A DNA stretch of 63,533 nt, the filler included, from Sphacelaria rigidula (lineage: Eukaryota): the NCBI GenBank assembly GCA_964200075.2. It is 8 parts of 8 records of this genome, joined end to end, with 100 filler letters (N's around TTAATTAATTAA, not from the genome) between each part and the next. Parts side by side here need not be neighbours in the genome. Positions count along the whole stretch, not along the records: positions 23,866 to 31,719 come from CAXNAA020013218.1; positions 31,820 to 39,673 come from CAXNAA020013219.1; 6 more parts are not named here. One strand, given 5' to 3'. Made by a program: the position numbers and the translations under genes. The stretch's first letter is position 1. Each line of letters opens with the position of its first letter. Positions 25,243-38,622 of the stretch are shown one piece after another. The notes below the pieces were generated by a model. That model was not told the origin of the DNA, did not search any database, and worked only from the letters and a program-made list of their open reading frames with translations.

Positions 25243-28200
25243 CACCTCAGTCACCGCCATTAAAACGCCGTTAGAATTAGAAAAAATATGTCTTCCACAT
25301 GCCCGAAAGTGCTGGGTACATGGCTCGATGGATAAAACGACTTCCTGGCATATCAGACCGGGGGTTGGCGACTGGGGATACTAGGTCTCTTGTCCTGTAT
25401 TTGTTTCTCCTTGTCCCCACACGAAGAACCAGTAGAACGCACGACTTTGCGCGTACAACGCAGTTTTGTCGCAATTGGCGCCTGCGGTGCCGATTTGAGG
25501 TCTTCCAACGCACACTTTGCCTAGAAATCCTCCGCATCCCCCCTTGATCCAGGGGTCTCGGTATGCCTTTGGGTTGGCGTTAGGTTTCGGATCATCGTTA
25601 TTTCGAAACCGTGAATTTTCGTGAACGTTGCTGTAAAGAGTCTTTCGAAACAGTTGTAGACCGATCTCGACAGATCCCCGTAACTTCCCTGAGGGTGTCA
25701 GTTATCTGCTGCCCCGTGGCTGCGTAAAACGCTTTCCTTGCTCAACTCTAGAAAATAACCCTTGCCTGGCACCGCTCGTAGCGGATATTGAACTTGAGAG
25801 GGGAGCTCAAAGTGGTAGACATCATCTCGCAGTTGCAGTCCTTCGCTCAGGTTGAGCGTTTCGCAATTCGCTCACCGAGAGCCCCCCGAAGGTATCATCA
25901 CGATAAGCATCGATTCGCTGTACCTCGCCAAGGCATCACCCAACTGCATCTGAAATGAGACACTCAGCTCCGCAATGTCGCCTGGCGAGCTGCCATGTAG
26001 CCGATTGGCCGACCTGTCACTGCCAACGTGGCGTCATATGTCCCTCATGTCCCTAACATCGTTGATGTTCATTTTATTGCGAACGGTTGATGTTCAACAA
26101 AGTCAAGGGCTTGAGGCCCCTTCCTAGTTCGGCGAGTCGCATGAAGGGTGAGCTGCATCCCGCCAAGATTTTTTCGGCCCGAAGCGTACTGATTATATTT
26201 CATCTGGAAAACAATCTGCAATGGGATGTTTCATTTTCTGGTATCGCCACTTCCAGAGACAGCCACGGCTTACGCACTGCCTCATGGGTGTCTCACCATT
26301 CAAACATTACACAGTATGACGATCCCCTTTGCGCGGAATCAAGGTTTTCTCACCTCGCATAATATGATCTAGCTCGACCGTAGGGCGGGGAGGAGTGTAC
26401 TCGTGATTTTGCATGCCGTAGTCACATAATCACTGATCTCGCATCCCCGCAAAGCTGGTACGATGCACGCCGGGGTTTCGCCGAATTAGGCTCGCAATCA
26501 AGTGTTGTCTTGGGGATGCATGCATTTGTTTTCACGTCTGCGGTACAATCAATCGTTTCGCGATCGTTTGTAGGTACACAGAACCTGGCAAGAAGATTTG
26601 CGCTTCCTCGCGACCATCCTGATATTCTTCACGGCGGTCATGGTTCTTCTGGTGGTAATATTCGGGCTGTTTCATGAGACACCATCCCAGGTAGGTGGAT
26701 CACGATGACTAAACCGCAGCGTCGGTGCAGTCATACATTGGACTGAACTGGGACCAAACCGAAGTGTCTGGGGATGCACACGAAGCGTAATATTTCGGGA
26801 GCCCTCCGTGTGTCGAGTACATGTGTTTTGCTCTCGGGTAGCCCGCAGAAGGACAGCAGATGTCGCATGTGTCGCACTTTGTACAGCAGACCTCGATTTT
26901 TGTACAGACCAAAGCGCGGGCAGGCGAGCGGCATTGAGATAGGACGAACGGATGTTACGTTGCGTTTTTTTGTTAGGATTTGTGGCAGTGAGGGTCATTC
27001 CTGTTGGCGGCGAGAGTACGGCTTTCGTCTTTCTTCTTGATTCTTCATTATGCCGTTGGATTAATCGCTCGCATTGCCCATGTTCTCCATTTCCGGGAAC
27101 ATCGAGAACACATACAGCGTACCTAGTACACGTTGCACATTGGTGCGAAAGTCTTGGGGTGCCCCGTGGTTGCCCTACGGACCCTGTGAGAGCAAAGGTA
27201 GGTATCGAAGCGTTGTATACAGTGATTTTCGGGGCTTTCCACGCTTCCCCAGAAGTCCCGCGCTTCTGCCACCGCCAGGAATTGCCCTGAGAAAGACTCA
27301 AGACGGGTGTTCGGAGATATGCAACAAATACTGTATTTGCAAGAAGAGTTATTAAGCTGATCAACATGCGCGCTGAGTATAGTTTTTGGCGTCACTAAGA
27401 ACGGAGACACTACGGCATGGACATATGTCGACGTACATACAATATTTACCGAAATGGCTGCATGTGACGCATGGAGCTTGTACTGAATGGGGTGGAATTC
27501 AGCTTGCTCGAAGCTAACGTGAGTAGGCGTACTTCCTTGTAAGCCAGATAGGCAACATTTTGTGGGACCCCTCGAACGCCCTATGTACGACTTTCTCTGA
27601 GCGTGAATATTGTTTGGCATGAAGAGCATTGCTGTCACCTATTTTACGCTGTGAACTATTTGCCAAATAGTGATGACAGAGAAGCTTCACCTTCTTCGAT
27701 GTATCAGTCTTGCATCATCACAGACCCAAGTGCCGCTACTTCAAATTTACCACGGTGACAGCGTGGTCAGGTAGATCCGTGATTCTCGACGGGAAATGTG
27801 ACGCGTGCCAGAGCTTACCGTGAATGTGGACCTCTCTTACACTTCCCCATATCTGCATGTTGAGGGGGGACCTATTCCGGGGCTGAATGCATCCATAGTC
27901 GCAGTACCTATTCGGACGAAAATATCCCGTCAAAATGGAGAATCGAAAAGGATTTCGTTGACCCTCTCGCCTCGGAAAAATCATCCTGTCAGTGCAGTAC
28001 GTGTAACTCAATGAAATACGGACCATTCATTGATCGCCGCCCCCCGTGTCCCCCTTCCCGCTACCGCTATCCGCTTCACCCCCCTTACAGGCCAACGGTA
28101 GGGCTTCCACCAGGAAAAAGCGCAAGAGCTTATAAGACCATCAAAAAGGGATGACAGATTATATATGGGAAAGTAAATGGTAACGGTTGGGGGGAAGGGG

Positions 28201-28547
28201 GAGTATCAGGCCGCGCGCGACATGAAAAAGTTATATGGCTTGCCAAGTGATTTTAGGGTGAGATCATCACAAATGTTTTCGAGCTTAATACCTTGGTTGG
28301 GTTTATTGTAAAAGTGTTCGTAGTAGGCCTAGGAGAGAGCGCCAAGAAGGGGTTCATCGTTTTCCTTACTGGGTGGAGCAGAGGATGTATGGAAATTCTA
28401 ACTCAGCGATGATCGCGGCCCTGATTTCGTTCCGATCCACCTGTCATTTCATTGAGCCTGTGGCGCGTCTTTTGGCTTCGCAAACGGTCCGTCGCATGCA
28501 CCGACTGTCTGCGTTGTCCGGTGATGGGATCGATGTCCTGCTGCGGG

Positions 28548-28772
28548 TGACTGTCCCGTTTGCTGTGCCTGTTGGGCTTTTATTCAGTTCAATTGTCGTA
28601 GACATTGTTGAAAGTCGAAACCGTTTGATGACCTAAATAGTTGAGCACAACTCGAACCGGGTGGCTGTCCCGATTACTGTGCCTGTTAGGCTTTTATTCA
28701 GTTCAATTGTTGTGAACATTGTTGAAAGTCGTAACCGTTTGATGACCTAGTTAGTCGAACACAACTCGAACC
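28548..28772. repeat. Tandem duplication, ~114 bp x2
   Basis: CTGTCCCG...GGCTTTTATTCAGTTCAATTGT...CATTGTTGAAAGTCG...CCGTTTGATGACCTA...CACAACTCGAACC occurs twice. Confidence 0.9.
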
Positions 28773-31700
28773 CCCATGGTTTACGGATCCTTCGTTACTG
28801 TCCGTATGTGCACCGCGTGATGGTGTGGGCCAGTGTGCACAGCGCTCACTGAGACGTGGTTTGAACGCTTTGCCAATTCGAGCACGGGGTGATTAAGCCA
28901 AACATTTCGGCGCTCATCCCGCCTACATATCACTGATTTCACCATGCACAGGGCTCTCACCAGTAACGCATTGTACTGAAACAGTTAAAGTACAGTGTGA
29001 TGAATCCTCGGCATTACTGGTGAGTTAGCCATCGTTTACATGTCACAGTACTCTCCCCCCTTACGAGCCTCCTCGTGCATCTTATGACGAGAAGAGGTAT
29101 AAGTAGGGAACGCGAGTCGCCGGCAAGTGGTGAAGGTCTGCTTGCATCTTTCTCACATGACTCTTGCGAGTATTGGGTTACCAAGCTAACAAGTACTCCA
29201 GAAGACTTGTCCGTGAGTTCGAGAACTCTGCTTGCTGATCTTCCATCACTTTTCTGAACTATCGTCATATTTAAAACTGTTCTGTTATCCGTTCGAACAC
29301 TGGGGAATATTTTAATTTTTTGTTGTGGTGATCGGGGCGAGAACACCGATATCTGCTTCGACGCCGAATTCTTCGCCAACTAACGAAGCATTCTGAAAAA
29401 TGAGGTTGAACATTCAAATGACGGGGTTGAGGTCGCCTTCCGACACGTCATATATTACGTGAAACAGTTTTGCAAGAACAACCGACTGAGCAATGTGTTT
29501 GTCTATGGAAACGTCCCCTAGCTTACCTTATTTCGGATTGTTGCTCCGGTATCTAAATATATTTGTATCTCGTTTGCACATTCGAAGGAGAGGAAGATGC
29601 TTCCGTCGGCTACCTTCGTCTTTTTCCGAGCTCTCTCAAAGTGATGAAGGCGGGGTACTTTCATGAGAAGTAAAGTGCCACCATTGGTGTTTTAGAATTT
29701 TTTTCCCGTTGTTGGAAATGTTTCATAGATATATGTATATATAAAAAAAATTCACAGTTGGGAAGCTCCCTGCCCCTTCCGAATTTTCCGAGGACTCGAA
29801 AAACTCCGGCACAACATTTTCCTTCCAAGATGAGGGAATCCGATGAACAGCGCCTTCCTTCACCTGGTCAGAACCTTTTCGAATGTAATTACATAGTTAT
29901 GAACACGTGAGCAACACTGCACGACAAGTCAAGCTAGTGGCAGTTTCAACAGACAAATACTGAGGACCAACGCTAGGATGGGTAAGGTGACTCTTGTACA
30001 GAGTCGAGCTGGGGGACATCGAAAGAAGGTCTCCTCGGCGAGGATGATACCACCTTGTTGACGACGAGGGACCCATTCAAGTCCGAGACTACCTGGGTGG
30101 GGGGGCACTCCCACCTTGGTGCCTATCCGTACACCGGACCGCCTTGAGGGCAATTATGGTTCGCGAACTGAATGCGAAGCGGCGGCGAGGTGGAGCGCAA
30201 TTGAAACGCTGCAAGAAACTAGAAATGGCGAAGTGCACGGTAGAGGTTTCTACCTGTCTCCTGGGAAAGAAAAACAAAAGGCATATGAAATCCTCAGTTG
30301 GTTGTTTTTGCAAAACTGCTTCACGTCAAGAGTGACGTTTCGGAAGGCGATGTCAACCTCATTTGAATGTCAAACCTCATTTTTCAAGATCCTTCGTGCA
30401 TTCAACGATATGGTCAAACCAAATATCGGGAAAAGCGTCTTCAATCGTGCGTGGGGTTTTCGAGCGTTCAGGACGTACAGACGCCGGATTCGCCGATAGG
30501 TATGACCCCAAGACTCGGAGGCGAGAGACACGTTGACCATTCGAAGGCCTCAATCGCCGTAGCTACCTCATGCCCTCTTCCCATAGGTTTATGCGAACTT
30601 TTGTTCTGGATATTGATTGAAACTGACGCATCCACTGGATAGTTTCGCCGCAGATAAAGTTTGATCTTGTTCGCTGGAACCGACCCCCTCGTATACGTTC
30701 CTCTCTCTACTGAGCGATAGCACTGCGCACCACGAGGTGTTTTTATGAGATTCAAAGGCACCACAGCACAGCGACAACTCCGGAGCACCTTGCTTGTTCA
30801 GTTTACATAAGACCCAATACAGCCAACACACTACAGCGTTGTCGTGTGTGTTGAGAGTACTGCTTGTCGACCACATTTTTCGTATCGACCGGGACACAAT
30901 GACAGAAAGTACCGCAATTCAGGCAATCTCCGGCGCAGTTCAGATCGTCTTTGCGGGGTGCAAACCCACCACACTAAGGCACAACACGACACACTCTGGA
31001 CAATGAGCACAGGAATAGCCTATTGCTTTAGCAGCATCCCGGCAAATGTTGTCTGATGCGTTGTGTATGTCCATGTGAACAGGTACACTGAGTGAACATG
31101 CACATGTTCAGATAGATTAATGCTGACGCACGGGTACTGGTAGTCGAGTGTGTGTGACTACAGTACCACGCCCAGGTCGGCTACTGCGCTGCCGCCTGAG
31201 CTTACTCTACACATCTGATCCCTCTATCATAGGGCCGACTCAGTCAAGGCACTCTCCAACAATATGAAAGATAACACGATCTATCCTTCGCCACGGGCCA
31301 CGGAATAAATACACTAGTGTTACAACCGGTTGGGCAGAATGGCAGAACAGGGTGGTAGACCTGCTACAGTAAGCGGTGAGCAGGGTGTTACTGAGCAGTT
31401 GCAGGAAGTAAGTAGTCAGATCAGTTCCTTGGCTCAGCTCATACGTGGTATGCAGTTAAGCAAAGCTGCATTACAGAGTAACATGGACAATATGAGGGCA
31501 GAAAGAGAGGCCGGGGGGAGGGCGTTCTCACGTTTTGCTTGCCTTAGTCATCTGACCATTGACCACGCATCCCTTTCGAGATGAAGCACCGTTCCTACTC
31601 CTAATAATAGAGACACCTCCAACACTCTGGCGCTCATTACTTTCCTTCTGTAGCTCACTACGTTTCTTCCATACACTACACAAGAACCTCTTATATATCT

Positions 31701-31859
31701 TATCTCCGTCCTGTTTCGCNNNNNNNNNNNNNNNNNNNNNNNNNNNNNNNNNNNNNNNNNNNNTTAATTAATTAANNNNNNNNNNNNNNNNNNNNNNNNN
31801 NNNNNNNNNNNNNNNNNNNAGGCGCTGCATGGCCATTTTTTTCGCGACACTTTAAGCTG

Positions 31860-31890
31860 GTTTTGGGGGGGGGCTATCGTAGAAAGTGTC
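31860..31890. mobile_element. Right TIR of the GACACTTTCTACGATAGCCCC MITE at contig start
   Basis: GGGGGGGGGCTATCGTAGAAAGTGTC, identical to the right end of the 6540-6689 element. Confidence 0.75.
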
Positions 31891-33829
31891 TGCCTTGCCT
31901 GAGAATTCTTTCGCTGAGTTCTGCACCGTCAGCGGCCGGTACCTTGCATGTACTTCGTAAATATGCATATATACTCCCAGTCCGTGGGACACGAGCTTGG
32001 TATCATCGTTCACGAGCGGTTGCCGTAACACCACCGAGTGCGGCATGACAGTTCGAAAGTTTGACAAGCCGTAGCCTATACAGGGACGCTACTGTGAGAG
32101 TCTTCGCAGCAGATAGACGATCTTCCAAGACTCTAACCTGCGTGCTCAACAACGAACACGGACCACTCCACTTGCCATACCCCAAAAGGAGAATTTTTGC
32201 ATTTTTGTCTGGTTTGGCGCCCGAGGGCGGGATCACTAATTGGATCCGTACGGGTCCAGCATTTTCTGGGACCCGATATTTTGCTTGTGGCGCCGCTGCG
32301 AGGCGCCAGACCCTCGTTCCCCGCACCAACGCTTTCCTCGGCACTGTGCCTGTCCCGAGTATTGAGCCCTGTACCCGAGGGTTCGTGGTCTACGTTTTGT
32401 TGAGATTAAAGTTAGGGTTAGGGTTAGGATGTTTCATGTATCGATATATGAATACCGATATGTCGATAAATCGATACATCACGATATTGAACATCTTATC
32501 AGGCTGGTTTTGAACCCTGATGCACATTCGTACTAAATGGACCCGTAGAAGTTCGCCGATTTTCTGGAAGTCGAAGTGTTGCCGTTATTACTTGTCTACA
32601 AAGTAGTCCCTTGTGTCACTGGTGATCATTATACCAACCCAACCCTAACCCTGACCCTAACCCTCCTCCAATTCCCCATATCGTAAGTAGCAAAATTGGA
32701 TTGATATGATGCACGGTATTGTGATATATCGATATGCATAGACCCCTGGTGCACATCTCTACCGTTTAGGGATTCTGGGCCAAGGGCCATGGAAGGCCCG
32801 TGGGCGCATACACCTGCCATGCTGTGTGCGCGGGACTGTCAGGACGTGTTCTCGCTGAACACCTGGGGTGTCGTCAGGGTCGAACGCGACACATCCCACA
32901 GTCCAGCCATTGCTGCGTTTGGTGGATCCACAGAGGCCACGACGAGCCCCGCGCCGGTCATGCGTGCCCCAGTAGACATGACGTTGTTTGTAGTGAAGAA
33001 TGAGGCCAATCCGGTAGATGAACTTCCCTGGAGATTGGCGGTGGGTCATGCAGGGTGGGTCATCTGGGTATTGCACTCAGTCTAAGCGCTATGTCCTATC
33101 CTATTTAGTAATGAAAAATCCCCGCCCCTCCAACGTCGGGGACAAAGTAATTATATCCCCTACCAAAAAATACGTTTTTAGGGCTGCCATTTCCCGTTCT
33201 GGCACGTAACGTACGAAGCGCGATGCCCATCGAGACAGGAAAGGAATTCCTAGAACTCTTACACCACATTACGACCCTGTTGATCGATCACAAACCCTCA
33301 CCCCAGCACCCCGGGGATGACTTCATTTCATCTCTTTTACCAACACTCTCAGGAGGGATGTTATCTGACGTTTTCCCCAGGACGTACGAAGGGCAATTCT
33401 CCTGGTGACGAGAGAGGTATCACTATAACGAACCGCTCTGCTAGAAATTTTATTATGAATCGTAGCCAACGGGCTCAGTAAGTTTTATTAGGAGCAGTGC
33501 GGATGCCGGCTCGAACTATCGACCACCTACGTGATGTTTGCAGTACGCCGACTACAGGAATTAGGACGGGTGAGAAATGTCCCACTAACCATGTACTTCG
33601 TCCCCCTTCAGAAGGGTTACGGTTCCGTAGACCGCACGCTCCCGTGGAAAGGGCTCGCCCGGGTTGGAGTCCCGCCGTGAGTGATCACGACCATCCGTAT
33701 GTTTCACAACGGCAAGCGAGCTGGGTACAGCTGAATAATGGAGAATATCAGTGCCGTTCCAAGTCTGCTAGGGACTCAGACAAGGGTGCATTTCGTCCCC
33801 GCTGTCGTCCCAAATATTCGGCGTAGCCC

Positions 33830-34830
33830 TGGTCGACGGGATCGTTCGGCGGTTTGCGGCGGATCCAGCCATCTTCTCAGCCTTGGTTTTTCTGAATGAT
33901 GTTCCCAAAGGTGTCGATGGTGAACTCCTGCAAGAGACGCCGATGTAGAATGTACACGGCGCGGTGTGGGCAACACTTTTTACGGATGACGCTGGCATTA
34001 CCTCGAGGTTCCCAGACGGGCTTGCGAAAATGATGGTCGTGGTAGTGGTGACCTGCCACGAGTTGGGATTGACAGTATCGGAGAGCAAGGCGGAGTCCAC
34101 GCGTGTGTGGTCAGTATCCAGCTCCCAGACACCGCCCTGCACATCAGCGCGGCAGTTCGAAGGTATAGGCAGCCGGCTAAGTTTGCGTGCATTGGTGGTG
34201 CTGTCAGCGCGGATGCGAAAAACTGCATCGAAATCACCCGCTGCATCGGCGTGGCATTGGCATGTCTCCGAAGGTATAGTTCCTAGCTCTAGGATCGACT
34301 CAATGCCCAGCTATCCTTGAAAACCCGGCTGCTTCAAGCCAGGGTGGTGGAAGCTCTGTTGTACGCGTGTGGGGCATGTTACGTTCCGAGGACTTCGACA
34401 GTCTGCGCACTGCCCATCACAAGCTTTTGCGACGAGTGGTTAGATTTCCCGCAGGAAAGGTCGAACGAGCTACAAGACTCTTTGGTACAGAGCTGCGGTC
34501 CAGATGACAACCTGCTGACGTACTGAGATGACTATCCGCTAGCGTCAACTCTGGTTCACCGGAGCCCTTGTCCGGTAGGGCGAAACACGCTTCCCCAAAT
34601 GCATCATACACGGGCGGTTAGCCGCACAAGGGCCCAAGGAGGCTGGCCGCCCCTTAAACACTGGGGGAGGCAACCTCCACGAGAACTTACGCGCACTGAG
34701 GGTTCTTCCACGCAAAGGAGTGGTACGGAAATGGTTCGTCTACGGTGTAGAGGTTAATGACGCACACGATTGGGTCACTGCGGCGAATAACATGAGCAAA
34801 CGGCACCTTGTAGTCGAGAAAAGAGCGTCC
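33830..34830 (+). mobile_element. RTE-type LINE ORF2 C-terminal fragment (decayed)
   Basis: 'VWATLFTDDAGITSRFPDGLAKMMVVVVVTCHELGLTVSESKAE' (YADD-region equivalent) and 'LKTRLLQARVVEALLYAC' are typical of RTE RT and thumb regions. Frameshifted. Confidence 0.8.
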
Positions 34831-35166
34831 ATCATGTGACCATGGCTGGATCCCCGGGGCATCAGTTCATATGCAATGATCGATCAATCAGTCCATGTGC
34901 CCTATCCTATTGATTTATGATGCCCCCCCCGTCCTTCACTCAATGGTCTGATGACTATGGCAAGCATGATCATGAGTACACCCCCCGTCCTTCACGCTTC
35001 GTGGATGATACCATCTCATCCCCTGCCCAACTGCGCTCGAGGTGCTGGTATCTACCGTTTATTGGCCCCCAACTTACGGACTACCATACCTTTTGGGACT
35101 GGAATGGGATCACTAGAACGCTTCCACCTTACCTCGACTGATTCATGGTGAACCCTCACCCTAAGG

Positions 35167-35638
35167 CCAACTCTCATGGCAGCCGTTTAAGGATCCTCTT
35201 GAAAACTCCCTTTTGGGCCGTTCTCCTCCGTTTTACGCCCGAAGAGAGAGGGCTAGGCGGATGTTGACACTTTGGAATGACTTGCTCTACTCGTTGAGAC
35301 CGTTCCAGGGCCGCTTTGCGTTTCCCGTTGGCCGCCGTTTCACTTTCGGCCAAACTTGCATTTTCAATATTAAATGGCCCGGTGATCAAAATACTGACAG
35401 TTTTCCCCCTGTTTTTTCACCACTTGACCACTTGTTATTGAAAATGCAAGTTTGATCAAAGATAAAACTGAGGCCAGCGGAGAATGCAAAGTTGCCCTGA
35501 AACGGTCTCAACGAGTAGAGCAAGTCATTCCAAGGTGTCAACACTCGCTTAGCCCTCCCTTTGGGCGTGCAACGACGGAGGAGGGCCCAAAAGGCAGTTT
35601 TCAACAGGATTTTTGAACGGCTCCCGTTAGAGTTGGTC
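35167..35638. repeat. Long imperfect foldback, ~225-bp arms
   Basis: TTGACACTTTGGAATGACTTGCTCTACTCGTTGAGACCGTTCCAGGG (~35265-35311) pairs with CCCTGAAACGGTCTCAACGAGTAGAGCAAGTCATTCCAAGGTGTCAA (~35495-35541). Pairing extends to both ends. Confidence 0.92.
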
Positions 35639-35928
35639 CGACCACTTTCGGCCCCAGAGTCATTGACAACCCAAATCGCGTTTTTGGCTGGTCGTTAAGT
35701 TTCCAGAATGACGCACATGATAAAAGTCAACCACGCTCACTCGAAATAGTGCAATCCATGCATACCCCAGACCGGTTACAGTCAGCACCACGCCGCGCAG
35801 TACAGTACAGTACAGTGGTAGTAGAGCATAGCACCGCACCGCACTACACAATAAATTACAGTCCACATATTTTACCCATCTGCATCCAAACCTGTCACCG
35901 ATAGACGTGGCTCTAACCTCGATGTCAG

Positions 35929-37984
35929 GGCAGCAACGACGTATCTTGGGTGATAGCCAACAACGAACGTAATGGACAGCACAGAGTGCAATGTATCAGA
36001 AACAAGTGCCAGCCGCATCCATCTTTGCACGAGTTTGGGTGCAGTAGTTACTGGGGACCTGTGCTCCCGATCACCCTGCTGCCAGCCGTGGCTGGATGGG
36101 GTACGGAGAAGAGTGGCAGACCCTTGCCATTGCTGGGAATTGCAGTCGTCACCTATTCTCTGTCCATATATTCTCCCAGCTGCTTGTTTGGTAAATAGGA
36201 TGGCGTTTCTGGCTTGTGTAAACGGATGGGGTGGAGGACATGGGGTTGTTGGGTACCTTCCCCGTAGTCTAAAACCAAATGATCAATGATCGCACGAGGA
36301 AATGAAGACTTTTTCAAGTTATCATCGAGGAAATGTATACCCCGGTGAGATGCAGATGGTTAAACACTACGTCTGTGCCATATTTTCCTCGGTAGAATTT
36401 CCTGAGTAGATTGTTTTGCAGGTCTTGCGATGTTATCGCCTCTGCAGGCTTTTCCCGTACGAGCGTAAAAAACACTGCCCGTTTTCGGAGTCATTGCAAG
36501 ATGGCGGGTAGTCAATATCTCCTCTGTTTTCTAGATGGGAAATAAGGCGTTCCCCCTTAACTGGCTTGTCGTACAGAACAATCGCAACCTTAACGTAGGC
36601 AATACACCAGTAGGCTGGGTGGGTGGGGTCGATGCTGCAAAATCCCTTCGCTGGCCGCTTGGTCGCTCCGACCACCCCCTTCTATGGTGTGCTCGATTTA
36701 ATACCACCAGAAAATACAAGAAGATCCCGCGTTTTCAAAAATATCAAAATAGATCATATACTTGCAGGTAACCCGGCGATTCTCGTTCTACAGCCTCAAA
36801 CGGTGCCCCGATGATATTTCGTGTATTCATACAAAACGATATGCTCACTGTCGGACCATTCGCAAGATAATGCTTACTTGCTAGCATGATCGTTCACCAT
36901 GCCACAGTAGAATCGTTTCGTCTGCGGAGGAGCATCAGCGAGAAATATTCACGGTAACATGATATTTCACCATGTCACAGCATGATCATTTCATGTGCGG
37001 AGGAGCATAGATAGCGAGTGAATGCGTGCGAGCGCGAGCAGCGAGAAACTCGCTACGGATCACCTTGAAAAATATTCGAAAAAATACATCGCGAGTTTGC
37101 AGTTATGACGACGAATGTCCATATATTTGACCACAAATATTTCATCACATATGCATCATATTTGAAAAACAATGCCATGAGAAAGACAAAGATGATGTCA
37201 TGCATCACGACTTCCAGGGACCCTACCAAGTAAAAGCCTGAATTTACGCCATCCATGAATTTTCGTTGTACTTCGGGTGAGTCGTAGCATGTGGTTTCCT
37301 CCAATGTTTGGAGCGAACACAAATTATCCTTGGTGCTAAACACCTTCATTATGCTCCTGGCGTTGCGTGTGCAAGGGTCAACGCAGCACACGCTGCCTAA
37401 TCCATGAGTACAATCGCTTGTACCGAGAATACCCAATGTTGCTTCGTTTCTTTACATGCCGTGAAAGGAGAAAAATGACACGTGGCGTGATGCTTAGCAC
37501 AGCCAACTGCGAAGTAGCGGATTTTGGAACAGATGCTTCCTGTACCCTAAATTGGCGCAACATAGCGAGGCATACCTTTTCATCTGTCCTGTCCTTAGGC
37601 TGGGCGCCACCGTTATCCTGCTCAAGCAGCCCATTTTGACCACTTTTATACTTTTTGTCTGATCATTCGTATATACTTTTTAGTTGACAACGAAAAGTGC
37701 ACCTTGATAATATATGTTGCACGTGCAAAAAACATTTGCTATCCCCGCTGTATCCTAAAGTCGCCGAAACCGACAAGATATCGTTATTTACCCCTTTCCC
37801 AGCCGATGCTCTTTCAATGCTCCACTTACCTTCAGCTCCCGTTGTCTGTTCTGCTGTTCATCCCAACCATACACCCTACGCTGGCCCGCCCGTGTGTACA
37901 GAATGGCTCAAACCTAATGTCCTCGGCGAGGACGGCATGAATATCGGCGAAACACTCAAGAGCCTTATCGGAATTGTTGGTGAG
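35929..37984 (+). CDS. Two candidate internal exons of an unknown gene: 35929-36190 and 37902-37979/37984
   Basis: CTAAC branch site then CAG|, an open frame GSNDVSWVIANNE...HEFGCSSYWGPVLPI...SPSCLF and |GTAAAT donor (phase 1). The next exon, TACAG|..EWLKPNVLGEDGMNIGETLKSLIGIV|GTGAG, is phase-compatible. No family recognised. Confidence 0.45.
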
Positions 37985-38399
37985 GTGAGCGCTGTGGGTC
38001 CAAGGACAATCAGACCAACGCCCACGATAACACAACGAATCAAAATCGCCCCCTTAAATTGCCATACATGTACGGACTTTACGACTTCCAGTCCTGAGTC
38101 AAAAGCGGATCGAGAGTGCCGAGATTTCGTTTGCCTCAGAGCAAAAGAGGGGAATGGGGCGGGGCGGGGGGGCGACAAAACGCAAAACAATAGGGGTGGC
38201 AGCTTGTGTTGATTATAAATCACAGGGCATTGCGGAGAATAGGCGTGGTATGGCGGGGACAAGGGATGTTTACATCACCACACTGAGCAGCTTCGTACGC
38301 TCTGAGATTGGAAGGAGTGGGGGTGCAGTGGTCACTGTGAAGGTCCGATTGTCTGCTGACCTTACACACACTGTATGGTTCAGGATTTGTGGTAATCGC

Positions 38400-38622
38400 G
38401 ACACTTTTTACGATAGCCCCCCCCCCAAAAGTGCCTGGTTGTGGGAGGCAAAATCCAAGCACAACGAGCAGCTGGGGATTTCCACGCTTGGGTTCATTCT
38501 CGCCAATGTCGCCCATATGAGGCGCTTCATGCAACCTGAACCCGAACATCAGGCGCTCTATGACCATTTGTTTCGTGATACTTTTCGGCTGGTTTTGAGG
38601 GGGGGGCAATCGTAGAAAGTGT
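38400..38622. mobile_element. Complete ~220-bp copy of the GACACTTT.TACGATAGCCCC MITE
   Basis: Left GACACTTTTTACGATAGCCCCCCCCC and right GGGGGGGCAATCGTAGAAAGTGT. The interior resembles 6540-6689 in reverse orientation. Confidence 0.8.

Noticed and set aside
29980-31010. Exon-like ORFs (30116-30499, 30838-30958)
   Set aside because: No consistent phase-compatible model or recognisable motif could be built.
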